From the NCBI RefSeq assembly GCF_009914755.1, contig NC_060926.1: a DNA stretch of 64,000 bases. One strand, 5' to 3'. The notes beneath the pieces are model-generated. The model did not search any database and was not told the origin of the DNA. It saw only the letters and a program-made list of their open reading frames with translations. Within the stretch, counting starts at the first letter, position 1. Every line of letters begins with the position of its first letter. Source of the DNA: the human T2T-CHM13v2.0 reference genome, Homo sapiens. Shown here piece after piece: positions 13,831-27,736 of this stretch. A program made the position numbers and the translations under genes.

Positions 13831-14889
13831 TTTGTGCTTGACTTATTGTGGAAGCTATTGTAGTTCAGCTAATGTAAGATAGAATATTCACTGATTTGAT
13901 TTTATGTAAATAAACCAATAAATCATTTGTAAGATTGCTGAAGAACATAATCTCTGTCCCAGAAATTTTTACTACCTTTTAAAAGAACACATTATTTTTG
14001 TATAAAATATTATTAACCTTTAATCTTGATGAGTTGAAAGAAAACGTTTACATGGTGGTCTCTTGGGAAGCTGGGTAGACAATGTCTATCTGTAGAGAAG
14101 GGTAAAACCCAGAACTCCTAGCAGTCTCTTGTTCTGACACTGTCTATATACTGTATTCCCCTTGCCCCTGTGGTTTTCCACATATGAATTGAGTTTACAT
14201 TGCTTGGACTATAATTGCTCATCCCTACCATAATTAGTTTATTAGTTTAGCTATACTATTGGGAAGGTCATTTCCCATTGTGTTTATACAAATTTGTTTA
14301 CAAGCCTATTTAACTCAAATTTAAATTATGCTGCTGTGGGTAAAAATAGTAACAAGTACTTTTTCATGGATTTCTTCAAAGACTAGCTAAAATGATCAAT
14401 TAACGTGTCCAAGAAAATATGAGAAAATTTATCTTTCAGAAATGTTTTGTATGAAATTCTCAAATGCTTCAAAGTCTTACAACTTTATGTGAAATGATTA
14501 AAGACATTTAAAAACAAGAACAAAATCCACAATTATTATTATCCACATTACTTTTGAGTACTGTTAATACAACCATTACAGAGACCTCCAGATAGAAGGA
14601 ATGATAGTATCTAAATAATAGAAATAGGATAATTAAGTTGCATTTACTTAAAAACAACAAGTCTTTTTGGTTGGAAATAGGATGTATAAAAAAGCTCAAT
14701 ACCAAAATTTAGATGAAATGTACATTTATTGGACAGAATAAAATAAATTTGTTGAGATAGTTTTTAACAATAAAAAAAACCAGGAAAGCATACAAAACAA
14801 ATAAAAACCTGAATTAGAGCTTTGGACTTCCTCAAATCACATTATTTGTAGTGGATTGATTGACTCCATTTTAAGATAGAGGAGACGAA

Positions 14890-14900
14890 CAAGATGGCCG
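14890..14900 (+). promoter_or_regulatory. YY1 motif at the L1 5' end (internal promoter)
   Basis: CAAGATGGCCG at the canonical position just inside the L1 5' end. Confidence 0.7.
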
Positions 14901-16225
14901 ACTAGACACAGCCAGGAAGTGCCACTCCTCTCAAGAGAGGCCAAGTTATTAGGTAAACCACCATAATTTGAACAGGCATTCAGGGAGAAAATGCTGAAAG
15001 TGGATGGAGAGGCAAGGCCGAAGCCAAGACTGAAGAGGGAGGAAGCTGGAAACCCTGAGTTAGCTACCCAAGTGCTAAGGCTAATTCCTGGCCACAAACA
15101 ATTCCAGGAAAGGACTGAATGAAGGAACTGAGGGATGGTTCACTCTCGCTGTGAGCATCTGATTTTTTAGCTACAAGGGACCTTACACAACCATGGATGT
15201 GTGAGCTGGCAGGGGGATCTCCCTGGGGAGCAGGCAGAGACAGACCTTTGGACAGCATAGACCCCAGGAGCTTTTGTGTGCTGGACCACTGCAGGCAAGA
15301 GCAGCCATAGATGCCCATTTCCCAGGGATTTCCATTCTCCTCTGGGAGGCATGGAACCCTAGTGACCTCCAAGCTAGAAGAGAGTTGGGCCAGCTTTCCT
15401 GCAGGACTGGGGTGCATCTGCTCTGCAAGCCCTTCTGCCTACAAGCCCCTCCCAGGGTCCATGCCTAGCTGCCCTGTAGGAGCAGGTGCATAGTGCAGTC
15501 CTGGAAGGCCAGCCTGAGTGTGTAATTGCACCTGCATACTTTCTTCATGACTCTGGAGCACACTGTATCCCTCAGTGCAGAAAGAACCCGAACCCAAGCC
15601 ATGGGATATCCCAGTGACCCCAGGGCTGTAGTTTGCAGCTTGGGAGTATGGAACCAAGATTTGTGGCTGGCACTCAAACAGAGAAAGAGCCCCTAATCTC
15701 AGAGCCGTGAAAGGGGTGAGATGCATGGGTTCCTGAGCTGGGGTAAGAGTGGAACATGCCTCCCTTCTCAGGTCCAGTCCAAAAAGCATGTGGCATATCT
15801 CCCTGCCACAGCTTCTGCCCAAGAAGACCATGTGGCCCAGAAAACCTAACAAAAAAATGTGGGCACAGCACCAGCTATCAGAGGGAGCTCTCTCAAGTTT
15901 TACAAGCAGATCTGTTGAGGGAACCATATCACTCCCTCCCCACTGCAGAGCATATCTATGAACACAAGAAGTACAAAAAGCCCTGTGACCAGGTATTAAC
16001 CTAGCTACCAGTCATTACTGTTAAGCCTCATTCACTGGATTTGCTGCCCAAACTACAACACCTAAATTTTATTCTGCTAATATATACAGCTGTGAAACCA
16101 AGTCAAAAATTTACCCACACATAAAGATTCTGTACAGAGCCTTGGGCCTCTAAAAGCATTCAGAAATTAAGCCAACTGATTATTCACAACTTACACCACA
16201 GTTAAAGAAATGCCAACCCTCCCAG

Positions 16226-17208
16226 ATGAGAAAGAATTAGCACAAGAACTCTGGCAATCCAAAAAGTCAGGGTGTACCCTTACCTCCAAATGAGTCCACT
16301 AGCTCCCCAGCAATGGTTTTTAACCAGTCTGAAATTAGTGACATAACAGACACAGAATGCAGAATCTGTGGCCAGGAAACTCATTGAGATTCAGGAGAAA
16401 GTTGAAGTTCAATGCAAGGAATTCAAATAATTTAGTAAAGCAATCCAAGAGCTGAATGATAAAATAGCCATTTTCAGAAATAACCAAACTTAAATTCTAG
16501 AGGTGAAAAACTCACTATCAGAATTTTATCAAATAATCAGAAGTATTAGCAGCAGAATAGACCAAGCTGAGGAACTAATCTCAAAACTTGAAGACGACTT
16601 CTTTAAATCAACTCAGTCAGACAAAAATAAGGAAAAAAATAAGAAAAATAAGTGAAACCTCCAAGAATATGGGATTTTGTAAAGCGAAAAAATCTATGAC
16701 TCATTGTCATTCCTGAGAGAGAAGGAGAGAGAATAAGCAACTTGGAAAATATATTTGAAGATACAGTTCATGAAAATTCCTCATCTCTTTAGGGAGGTTT
16801 ACATACAAATCCAAGAAACACACAGAACCCCAGCTAGATATGACATGAAATGACTACCTCCAAGGCACATAGTACAATATTCATCAAGGTCAACACTAAA
16901 GAATAAAGTCTTAAAGGCAGCTAAAGGGCAGGGTAAAGTCACATACAAGGAACTTCATCAGGCTAGCAGCAGATCTCTCAGCAGGTATCTTACAAGTCAG
17001 AAGAGATTGGTAGCCTATTTTCAGCATCCTTAAAGAAAATAAATTTTAACCAATAATTTCATATCCTGCCAAACTAAGCTTAAAAGTGAAGTGAAGCAAA
17101 TGCTAAGGGAATATGTTTCAACTAGACTAGCCATACAAGAGGTCCTTAAGGGAGTGCTAAACATGGAAAAGAAAGAATGACAGTCATACCACAAAAGCAC
17201 ATTTAAGC
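16226..17208 (+). pseudogene. L1 ORF1 (disrupted)
   Basis: Starts MRKN.HKNSGN, with an in-frame TAG at codon 5 and several further stops and frameshifts. Confidence 0.8.
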
Positions 17209-20200
17209 ACATAGCACACAGGCACTATAAAGCAACCACACAATCAAGTCTACATAACAATCAGCTAGCAACGTGATAACAGAATTAAAATCACAGATAT
17301 CAATACTAACCTTGAATGTAAATGGGCTAAATGCTCCACTTAAGAGACACAGAGTGCAAGCTGGATAAAAAGATCCAACCATCTGTTATCTTCAAGAGAC
17401 CCATTTCACATTAAGAACAACCACAGGCTCACAGCAAAAGAATGGAGAAAGATCTAACATGTGAACAAAAAACAAAAAAGAGCAGAAGTTGCTATTCTTG
17501 TATCATGTAAAATAGACTTTAAACCAATAAAAATTAAGAACAATGAAGGGCATTACATAATGATAAAGGGTACAATCAAACAAGAAACCTTAACTGTACT
17601 AAATATATATACACTCAATATTGGAGCACCCAGATTCATAAACCAAGTTCTTCATTGCCCATGAAAACACTTAGACAACCAAACAATAACAGCAGGAGCC
17701 TTCACCACCCCACTGACAGCACTAAACAGATCATTAAGGAAGAAAACTAAGAAAGAAACTCTGGACATAAACTCAACACTTTACCAATTGGACCTAATAG
17801 ACATCTACAAAATACCCCAGTTAACATCCACAGAATATATATTCTTCCCGTCTGCACATGGAACATATTCTAAGATCAACCACATGCTCAATCATAAAGC
17901 AAATCTCAATAAATTCAAAAAAATTGAAATTATACCAAGCAAACTCTTGAACCATGGTGAAATAAAAATAGTAATCAAAATCAAGATCTCTCAAAACTAC
18001 ACAAATATAGGGAAATTAAACAACTTACTCCTGAATAACTCTTAGGTGAACATCAAAATTAAGGTAGATTTAAGAAAAATTCTTTGAAATATTGAAAATA
18101 GGAATGTGACTTACCAAAATCTTTGAGATGCAGCCAAAGCAGTGTTAAGAGGAAAGTTTATTTCCCTACATGCACTAATCGAGAAGTTAGAAATATCTCA
18201 ATTTAGCAATCTAACTTTGCACCTAAAGGAACTAGAAAAGAAAAAGCTAACAGAAGAAAAGAAATAACTAAAATCAGAGAACTTATTGAAATTGAGATAC
18301 AAAAATCCATAGAAAAAAATAAAAAAAGCAAGAGTTTGTTCTTTGAAAAGATGAACAAGATTGATAGACTGCTGTTTAACAGCTAGATTTACAATGAAAA
18401 AAAGAGAAGATCCAAATAAGTACAGTCAGAAATAACAAAGATAATATTATAACTGATCCCACAGAATTACAAAAGTTTCCCATAGAATACCATGAACAAC
18501 TCTATGCATAAAAATTAGAAAATCTGTAGATGAAATTGATAAATTCTTAGAAACACACAGTCTCTAATTGAATCAGGAAAAGATTGAAGCTTTGCATAGA
18601 GAAATATCTCACTCTGAAATTGAATCATATGTAATTAAAAAAAAAAAACTACCACCAACCAAAAAAGTCCTGGACCAGATGGATTCACAGTCAAATTCTA
18701 CCAGATGTATAAAGAAAACCTGGTACCAGTTCTACTGAAGCTATTCCAAAAAAAGGAGGGAATCCTTTCAAACTCAATCTCTGGCAGAAACACAGTCAAG
18801 AAAGAAAACTTGAGGCCAATGTCCATGATGAACGTAGACAAAAAATTCTCAATCAAATGTTGGTAAACTGAATCCAGCAGCATATAAAACGGTTAATTCA
18901 CCATGATAAAGTAGGCTTTATTCCTGGGATGCAAGGTTGGATCAACATATGCAAATCAATAAATATGATTCACCACATAAGCAGATTTAAACACAAAAAC
19001 CATCTGATCATCTAAGAAAATGCAGAAAAGCTTTCAATAAAATTCAACGTGACTTCATGATAAAAACCCTCAACAAACTAGGCATCAAAATAATATGACT
19101 CAAAATAATAAGGGTTGTCTATAGCAAACCCAGAGCCAACATTATACTGAATGGGCAAAAGCTGGAACCACTCCCCTGTAGAACTGAAAAAAAGGCAAGC
19201 ACTCTGACCATTTCATATTCAACATAGTAGTGGAAGTCACAGCCAGAGCAGTCAAGCAGGAGAAAGGCTACTGGAACTAATAAATGATTTTAGCGAAGTT
19301 CCATGATACAAAATCAATGTAGAAAACATCAGTACCATTTATATGTGCCAATACCATCCAGGCTGAGAGTCATATTAAGAACACAATCACATTTACAATA
19401 ACCACAAAGAAAATGAAACACCTGAGAATACAGGTAACCAAGAAGGTGAAAAATCTCTACAAGGAGAACTAGAAAACAATGCTGAAAGAAATCAGGTGAC
19501 ACAAATAAGTGGGAAAACATTCCATACTCATGGAATGTTTTAATGTTTCATGATAATGAAAAATCAATATCATTAAAATGGCCATACTGCCCAAAGCAAT
19601 TTACAGATTCAATGCTATTCCTATCAAACTATCAGAATTAGGAAAACTATTCTAAAATTTATGTGGAAGCAAAAAAGAGCCCAAATAGCCAATGCAAACC
19701 TAAGCAAAAAGAACAAAGCTGGAGGCATCACACTATCAACTTCAAACAATAAGGCTACCGTGAAAAACCAGCATAGTACTGATACAAAAACAGACACATA
19801 GACCAATGGAACAGAATAGAAAACTAAAATATAAAGCTGCTCACTTACAACCATCTGATTTTCGACAAGGTCAATGAAAACAAGCAATAGGGATAGGATT
19901 TGCCATTTGATAAATGCTTTAGGTTAACTGGCTTGCCATAAGCAGAAAAATGAAACCAAATTCTTATCTTTCACTAATACAAATATTTACTCAAGATGGA
20001 TTAAATATTTAAATGTAAGATCTCAAACTATAAAAACACTAGAATAAAACCTAGGAAATACTCATGTCAACACTGGCCTTGGCAAATAATTTTTGGCTAA
20101 GTCCCCAAGCAATTGCAACAAAAACAAAAATTGACAAGTGATACCTAATTAAACTAAACAGCTTCTGCCCAGCAACAGAATAAGCAGACAAGCTATGGAA

Positions 20201-20229
20201 TGGGAGAAAATATTCATGAACTATGTATC

Positions 20230-20600
20230 TGTATTAGTCTTTTTTTTACACTGCTATAAAGATTTACTTGAGAATGAGTAATTTATTAAAAAAAAAAAGA
20301 GGTTTAATTGACTCCCAGTTCTCCATGGCTGGATAGGACTCAGGAAACTTACAGTTATAGCAAAAGGTCAAGGGGAAGAAGGCACTTCTTACCTGGTGGT
20401 AGGAGAGAGAGAGCAAGAAAACAAGGAAGTGCCACACTTCAAAACCATCAGCTGTTCTGAGAACTCACCCACTATCATGAGAACATCATGGGGGAAACTG
20501 CCCCCGTAATCCAATCACCTTCCACCAGGTCTCTCCCGGGACATGTGGGGATTACATTTTGAGATGAGATTTGCGAGTGTCACAGAGCAAAACCATATCA
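20230..20600 (-). mobile_element. MaLR solo LTR, THE1D/MSTA-like, inserted in the L1 ORF2
   Basis: Termini TGTATTAGTC...CAAAACCATATCA, 371 bp. 5-bp TSD GTATC (20225-20229)/GCATC (20601-20605) splits the L1 sequence AACTATGCATCTGACAAAGG. Confidence 0.92.
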
Positions 20601-21931
20601 GCATCTGACAAAGGTCTAATATTCATAATCTATAAAGAACTTAAATCAACAAGTTAAAAGCAAATAACTCTATTAAAAAAATGGAGAAAGGACATGGACA
20701 GGCACTCCTCAATAGAAGACATATAAATGGTCAACAAGCATGAAAAAAACGCTCATCATCGCTAATCATCAGAGAAATGCAAATCAAAACCACAGTGAGG
20801 TACCATCTTACACCAGTCAGAATGACTATTATTAAAAAGTCAAAAAACAACAGATGTTGGCAAGGCTTTGGAGTAAAGGGAATGCTTATTTGTAGTTGGT
20901 AGGAATGTAAATTAGTTCAGCCACTGTAAAAGGCAGTCTGGAGATTTCTCAAAGAACTTAAAACAAGGCTACCATTTAACCCAGTCATCCTATTTCTTGG
21001 TATATACTCAAAGGAACATAGATCATTCTACCAAAAGACACATGCACATAGATGTGCATCACAGCACTATTCACAATAGCAAAGACGTGGATTCAACCTA
21101 GGTGCCCATCAACAGTGAATTGGATAAAGAAAATGTGGTACATATACATCATGGAATACCATGCAGCATAAAGTATAATGTCCCGTGCAGCAACATGGCT
21201 GGACCTGGAGGCCATAGTCCTAAGCAAATTAATACAGGAACAAAAAGCAAAACACCACATATTCCCATGTATATGTTGGAGCTAAACATTAAGCACACAT
21301 GGACATAAACATGGGAACAATAGATACTGCACACGACTAGGCAGAAAAGGGAGGAAAGCGGCACAGGTTAAAGAACTACCTACTGAGTACTATGCTCACT
21401 ACTTGGGACCAATATACCCATGTAACAGTCCTACACATGTGTCTCCTGTATCTAAAATAAAAGGTAATTAAAAAAAAACATAGGCAAATGACTGAAGGAA
21501 GTCAGAAGACACATTCTGAAATCCTGTGAGTGAAAGTTGGGGAAAGGAGTGGAGAGAAGCGTGATTGATGGTGGTGATGAGGAGAGGATGATAATCAATA
21601 GGTTAATGAAGAGCACACATTCTAAATGAAATCACTCAGGAAATGAAGGAAGAATTCATGCAAATACTCCCTTATGATTGAAAACAAATGAATGATGTTA
21701 TTACACCAATTTAAGTTGGAAAAAAAGATATACGGTTTAGAAAGCCATGAAATTTGAAAAAATAAAAAGTAAATTTGAGAAGCTTAAGACAAAAATAAAA
21801 TAACCATTACAGAAATTAAAGTCACATGAGTAGGCTGCCTCAGAGCATATAGTACATTCCATTGGAAAGATTGGTCCTGACATAACGTATAGCATCAAGT
21901 TAAAGCAGGGGAATAAAATTATATGATCAAA

Positions 21932-22402
21932 TGTGGTAGTACTTTTCCATTGCTACATAACCCATTGCCACATATGTAGTTGCTTAAAACAACACAACAC
22001 AAAACAACATGGAAATTACTATTTCTGTGGGTCCAGAGCCCAGCCCTGAGTTATGTAGGTCTTCTGCTAAGGAGCCCATCATTCTGCCATTAAGGCACTG
22101 GCTTCCTGTAGTTCTCATCCAGTTGCTGGCAAAGTTCAGTTCATTACAGGTGTAAGACTGAGGTCTCTGTGTTGTTGCAGGCTGTTGGCCACGCCCTATG
22201 ACAACATGGCTGCTTACTCAAAACCAGCAGAAGCATCTCTCTCCAGTGGGCTAGGAAGAAGTCTTATGTAGCTTTATATACTCATGAGAGTAACTATCCC
22301 TCATAGTCACAGATCTGCCCATCCTTGATGTTGGAATTACAAGGGACATACACACCAGGGGGTGAAACTCTTAGATGTCATCTTAGAATTCTGCATACAC
22401 AA
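21932..22402 (-). mobile_element. MLT1-family MaLR LTR (MLT1F/G-like)
   Basis: TTCCATTGCTACATAACCCATTGCCAC...GCTTAAAACAACAC ... CTTAGAATTCTGCATACACA. Confidence 0.75.
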
Positions 22403-23127
22403 ATTACAAAATGGAGAGAAATGACAAGAAAAGCAATGTGTACTATAAATTTGATGTTTCTGAAGAAAATAGCAAAACAAATAAAATATGAATTTTTGGC
22501 TTTAAGATGGTAGAGAACTTTTGACTTCTTTCTCCTTCAAAAAACACACAGAACAAGAAGGAGACACAGTTAAGAATTAGCTGAAGTCTCATTCTCTAAC
22601 TTGTGAGTGAAAAAGCCTCAAACAATTGCAGAAACTAGTAAGAAGCAATCCAACTTTGCAGAACAAATGAATTTAGGAATGAAGACTAGTACTACTGTAG
22701 TTGGTGGTGGCTGGGGTGAAAGTTCACAGAAGAAACAGAAAGGACTTCCATTTCCCAATTACATCCCACAGAGTCCAGTACCTATTCTTTCTAGAATGAG
22801 GCATAAGACTAGATATTTATTCTCTGGAGAAATATGTCAAGAGAAGGGCCAGGTGTAGGGACACAATTCACAGAACAAGAGAATAAGGTCTACCAAACAG
22901 AAGGGTAAAATCTCATTGTACTAACGTTAATTGTAAGTCACTCTCATAACTTCTTCTGTTCAGATCCATACACTGGTAGTAATAAGTATAGAGAAATTCA
23001 CAAACAGACATGTAACATCACCCAAATACCATCTCCAATAAGTGTTATGGTTCCTCTATCTTAAAAATGAATAAATAGCCAAGATTTGACAATAACCTCA
23101 AACATGAAAGGCAGGGATCAAGGTAAA

Positions 23128-23172
<45 letters not shown>
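23128..23172. repeat. (AAT)15 microsatellite
   Basis: Pure AAT run. Confidence 0.95.
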
Positions 23173-24289
23173 TGCAAGTAAATCTATAATAAAAGATACA
23201 ATACAGGCACAGGAAAAAACTTTTAAAAATGATATGCAGTTATGTTCAGGGAGAGAAAATGTATAACACCTATACATCTCGAAGGTAGAGGAAGCTGTAA
23301 TAAGTAAAAAATTCAAAAAATAAAATACACAAAAGCTTTTGAAAATTCAGAAATACAATTGCTAAAGGAAAATAAGTCAGTAAGAAGAATTGGAAGTCCA
23401 GTATATTTTTGGAATAAATACCCAAAACTGATCAAAATGGAGGCCTCTGGGGTGGAAGACTTTCCACAGAAATGCTCCATGCTGGATGGAAGGCAATGAG
23501 GCAGTGACTGCAAAATTCTGACAGAAAGGAAGGTGACCCTGGAATTCTGAAGCCAGTCATGTGTTCTTGCAAGTGTAACGGAAGAAAACACCCAGGAGCT
23601 TTACTTCTCACTCTTGACTTGAAAACACGTCAAGCCAGACAGAAATTAAAATAACAGACTCAAGAATGTGAAGATTCAGTAAAATGAATGATGCCGAAAA
23701 TTACCCTCTATTTAAATATGGAAATTAAATTAGAATGAAACAAAATCTTTGTCAATCTTGGTTAAAGGAGAATAACTTTTTAAAGCATTGGCAATGTAAA
23801 CTTAACAATGTAACAAAATAAATCAATCCATATGGAGAATAGAGGTACAAATATTATATCCTCTTCTATTAAATATGAATATGAAGTCACTATTTCAAGT
23901 TGAATTATAGAAAAAGTGACACAATAACAATACTTTTATCTTTATCTTCTGTTTTTCTTGCTTTTGCTGTTTTTAATTTAGAACTACATTTTAGAATTAA
24001 ATTTTTTGTGCTGGAATAGTTTATTTTTGCTATAATTTTACTTCTGCTTTATTTTATTTCACTAAATTAAGTATTATAAAAGTAAACATAATGTAGTGTA
24101 CAGAATCTAATTTGTGGGATTGTATAAATTGATCCTATTTATTTACATGTCTATTCATATGTCTGTCTCCACAGAGAAATATGTAGAATGCTCTTCACTA
24201 AATAATAACCATGTTTGTATTTTGGTTTCATTTCTGAGTAGTAGGATTTTGAAAATTTTTTTTAGTGGCCTTTTATTACTCTTCTATAG

Positions 24290-24698
<409 letters not shown>

Positions 24699-25741
24699 TA
24701 GCTGATTCAAGGGTAATGAAACAATCAGATTATTTAAATAGGGTGGTAGCATGATGCCCTGGAATATGATCATTTGCTAATCCTGCCACACTAGTGTTTA
24801 TCCCAGGTAATCTCTAGAAAGACACTTGTCTATCCTTATGCCCTAAAAATGTTATAAATAGAGAACATATAAAAACTTTGTAGATGTCAAATTTTTAGCG
24901 ATAATACCATTTTTACAGCCTAACTCATTATATGGTAGGTGTGCTGGCCCACTTAGGTAGCCTCTGCTTCTCTTTTGACAGTAATACACCTGAAGTTGGA
25001 AGTCATCAGTCTACAGCACTGCAGAGCTGAGTAGAGGAGACTAATTATTTTACCTCCTCTTGGGCCATGTTGGACTCTTATCTAGGAATGTATGTATTGA
25101 TAAGCTTTTCCACTTCTACCAATGTATTCTTTTCTTTAGATGACCTTCATCTTTGTTTTGGTATAAAGTCTACTCACACCATGCAAGCAACCACTTTCTG
25201 CTGAATACTCCCGCCTTACTCAGTCAACTGCCCCCTCACTCCCAGCTTGTGTTAGATAGTGCCTTCTCTCATTACAACCTGTGTTTAACGGACTACTTCT
25301 TATATGAAAATATACATCAGCTGCCTTTTTCATGTCTTTCTCCTCAATTAGATTCTGAAATCCCAGAGAAAAATAGGTCATATTCTCAACTTTCACCTGT
25401 GTTTATTGCCCTAGTCTATACATCTGACTGCTTCAATGTGTGCCCAACACACAATCCAAACTAACCTAATAATAGATGTGGAATTCTACTATACAACCAG
25501 TGAGTTTAATGAGCTGCAAAGAAAAGGATCATGTTGCTTCTTCCACCCCTTAAATTTCATCCTTTATAGCTGTTTTGGCTATCACTGATTTTCATGGGTT
25601 CAAATTCAGATGTTTGCATAGTAAAATGAAAATGTTCCACAAAAGGATTACTTTATTCTTAAGTGGTTGTTTCCATTTTAGTCAGAGATGAGTGAAGAGG
25701 CAATGCCCACTAAACTTTCTCTGTTACTGAAGAAGACAACT

Positions 25742-25859
25742 AGGCTGAGGTGGCAGGATTGTTGGGTCCATAAGTTTGAGGCTGCAGTGAGCCAGTTTAC
25801 ACTACTGCACTCCAGCCTAGGAGACAAAGCAAGACCTTGTCTCAAAAAAAAAAAAAAAA
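25742..25859 (+). mobile_element. 5'-truncated AluJ/FRAM right-arm fragment
   Basis: AGGCTGAGGTGGCAGGATT...GAGGCTGCAGTGAGCC...CACTCCAGCCTAGG...GTCTC(A)n. Confidence 0.9.
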
Positions 25860-26896
25860 GTATTTTTCTATATCAACATGTATGTTAATATTTGCAAAAG
25901 CTTTATTAAACCACATTATTCTTATTTTATGGATAAGAAAACTGATAGAGAGTTTAGATAAATATAAAAAGTAGACAAAATGGCAGATTTAATTTCACCT
26001 TCAGTAATTTTTGAAAAGATTATGGAAGTGTCATGGTTACCTGTGTGTTTAATGGCTTAAAATTAGAATCTAGAGAATCAAGTGCAGAACATAATTTATC
26101 ACATTATTTTAAAGAATGACTTCTCTTAAGTACTGAGATGAAAACTTGTTTCAGGGGATTGCTGAAGTCTAGTTTGCTGATCACTGTTTTCATACTGTTT
26201 TTTTTTTTTTTCCCCTGATGGCATGCTCCTGAAGGTTCTTATGCAGATATGTGGTAGTCTCATTTTCAATAAATACCTAGAAAGTGTGGTTGTGGTCACA
26301 CTAGAACACATATCTTAGGCATTCAGATTCAAGAATTAGGCCTTCTCTGATTACATGGCCTTATAAGATATTAACAAATGATGGATGTTCACTTAGAAAC
26401 ACTCAACTGAGTGAATTATCATATATACGAAGAAAAATGTAAACCAAAAAGCGTTAAACCTGTCTGCTGATCACACACAAATAGGTACATCAGTGAGCAA
26501 TGCACTTTAGATTTAAAACTATAGAATTTAATAGCTTTTCAAAATGTAAATACACCTATAAGTATCAAGTTTTTGTTTTTGCTATTATTGTTATTGATCT
26601 CATATTTTTTACACAATTGCCCTCAGTGGATAATGGAGTTAGTGGCTCATTTCAAACAATACTTTTGGAATCTGTAATTATATCTAAAACCCATCCATTT
26701 TTTTGTTATATTCTATAAAATATTCATGATCAATTTACTATAAATCTATCTTAATGTCTTAAAATTATACAGCTGTTGCTTCATGAAGATGATGTTGATT
26801 TATACTCTTGCTATAAGCAACTAGCACACTTCTCCTCTGAAGATACATGTACTCATTTATCAAAAAACAAAGAAGCAGTACATATATTAGCATCCA

Positions 26897-27736
26897 GAAA
26901 AATCCAGAATACTGTCATGACCAAATGCTGGAGTGGAGCTCTCATTTGTTGCTGGTGGAAATGCAAAATGTTATAGCCTCTTTAGAAGACAGTTTGGCAG
27001 TTTCTTACAAAACTAAACATACTCTTACCATACTAACCAGTAATCACATTCCTTGGTATTTACCCAAAGAAATGAAAAATATTTGTTCACACAAAAGCCT
27101 GCACGTGAGTGCTTAAAGCACCTTTATTGCTAATTGCCCGAACTTGGAAAGCAACCAAGATATCCATCCTTCAGAAGGTGAAAGGATAAATAGCCTGCAT
27201 TACATCCAAATGATAGAATGTTATTCAGCACTAAAAAGAAATGAGCTATCAAGCTACGGAAAAACATGTCAGAATCTTAAGTGCATGTTCCTTAGTGACA
27301 GAAGCCGATCTGTAAATTTCCAATGATACAACATTCCGGAAAAGGCAAAATTATGAAAACAGTAAAAAGATCAGTAGTTGCCAGGAGTTGGGGGTGAAGA
27401 GGTTGAATACACCAAGCAGAGACAATTTTTAGAGCAGGGAAAATACTCTGCATGGTACCTTAATGGTGGGCACATATCATAAATTTTTCCAACTTATGTA
27501 ATGTACAGCAACCAGGGTAAACCCTAATGTAAACTATGGAGTTTGGTGATTATGATATGTCAATGTAGGTTCATCATTTGTAATAACTGTCCCACGCTGG
27601 TAGGGGATATTGATAATGAAAGGCTCTGCATGTGAGGGGGCAGAGGACTTATGGGAAATCCCTGTTACATCCTTTCAATTTTGCTATGAACCAAAAACTG
27701 CTCTACAATAATTAAGTCCTTAAAAATAAACAAACA
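26897..27736 (+). mobile_element. L1MC1-like 3' end
   Basis: GAAGACAGTTTGGCAGTTTCTTACAAAACTAAACATACTCTTACCA; CTAAAAAGAAATGAGCTATCAAGC; AAACCCTAATGTAAACTATGGA. Confidence 0.85.

Larger units (their letters stand above)
14878..21478 (+). mobile_element. Near full-length, inactive L1PA16/L1PA17-like LINE-1 (5' UTR, ORF1, ORF2, 3' UTR, poly-A)
   Basis: GC-richer ~1.35-kb 5' UTR beginning ...AACAAGATGGCCGACTAGAC. ORF1 ATG at 16226 (ATGAGAAAGAAT...), ORF2 from ~17273 (CTAACCTTGAATGTAAATGGGCTAAATGC). 3' UTR TACTATGCTCACTACTTGGGACCAATATACCCATGTAAC. Inserted at TTTT/AA with a short TSD AAGATAG/AACATAG. Confidence 0.9.
21480..24070 (+). mobile_element. HAL1-like/old L1 ORF1 relic, fragmented by later insertions (includes an L1ME-like 5' fragment at ~22520-23400)
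   Basis: ORF1 C-terminal-like stretch AGACTTTCCACAGAAATGCTCC...GGAAGGTGACCCTGGAATTCTG and A-rich sense bias. Confidence 0.45.
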
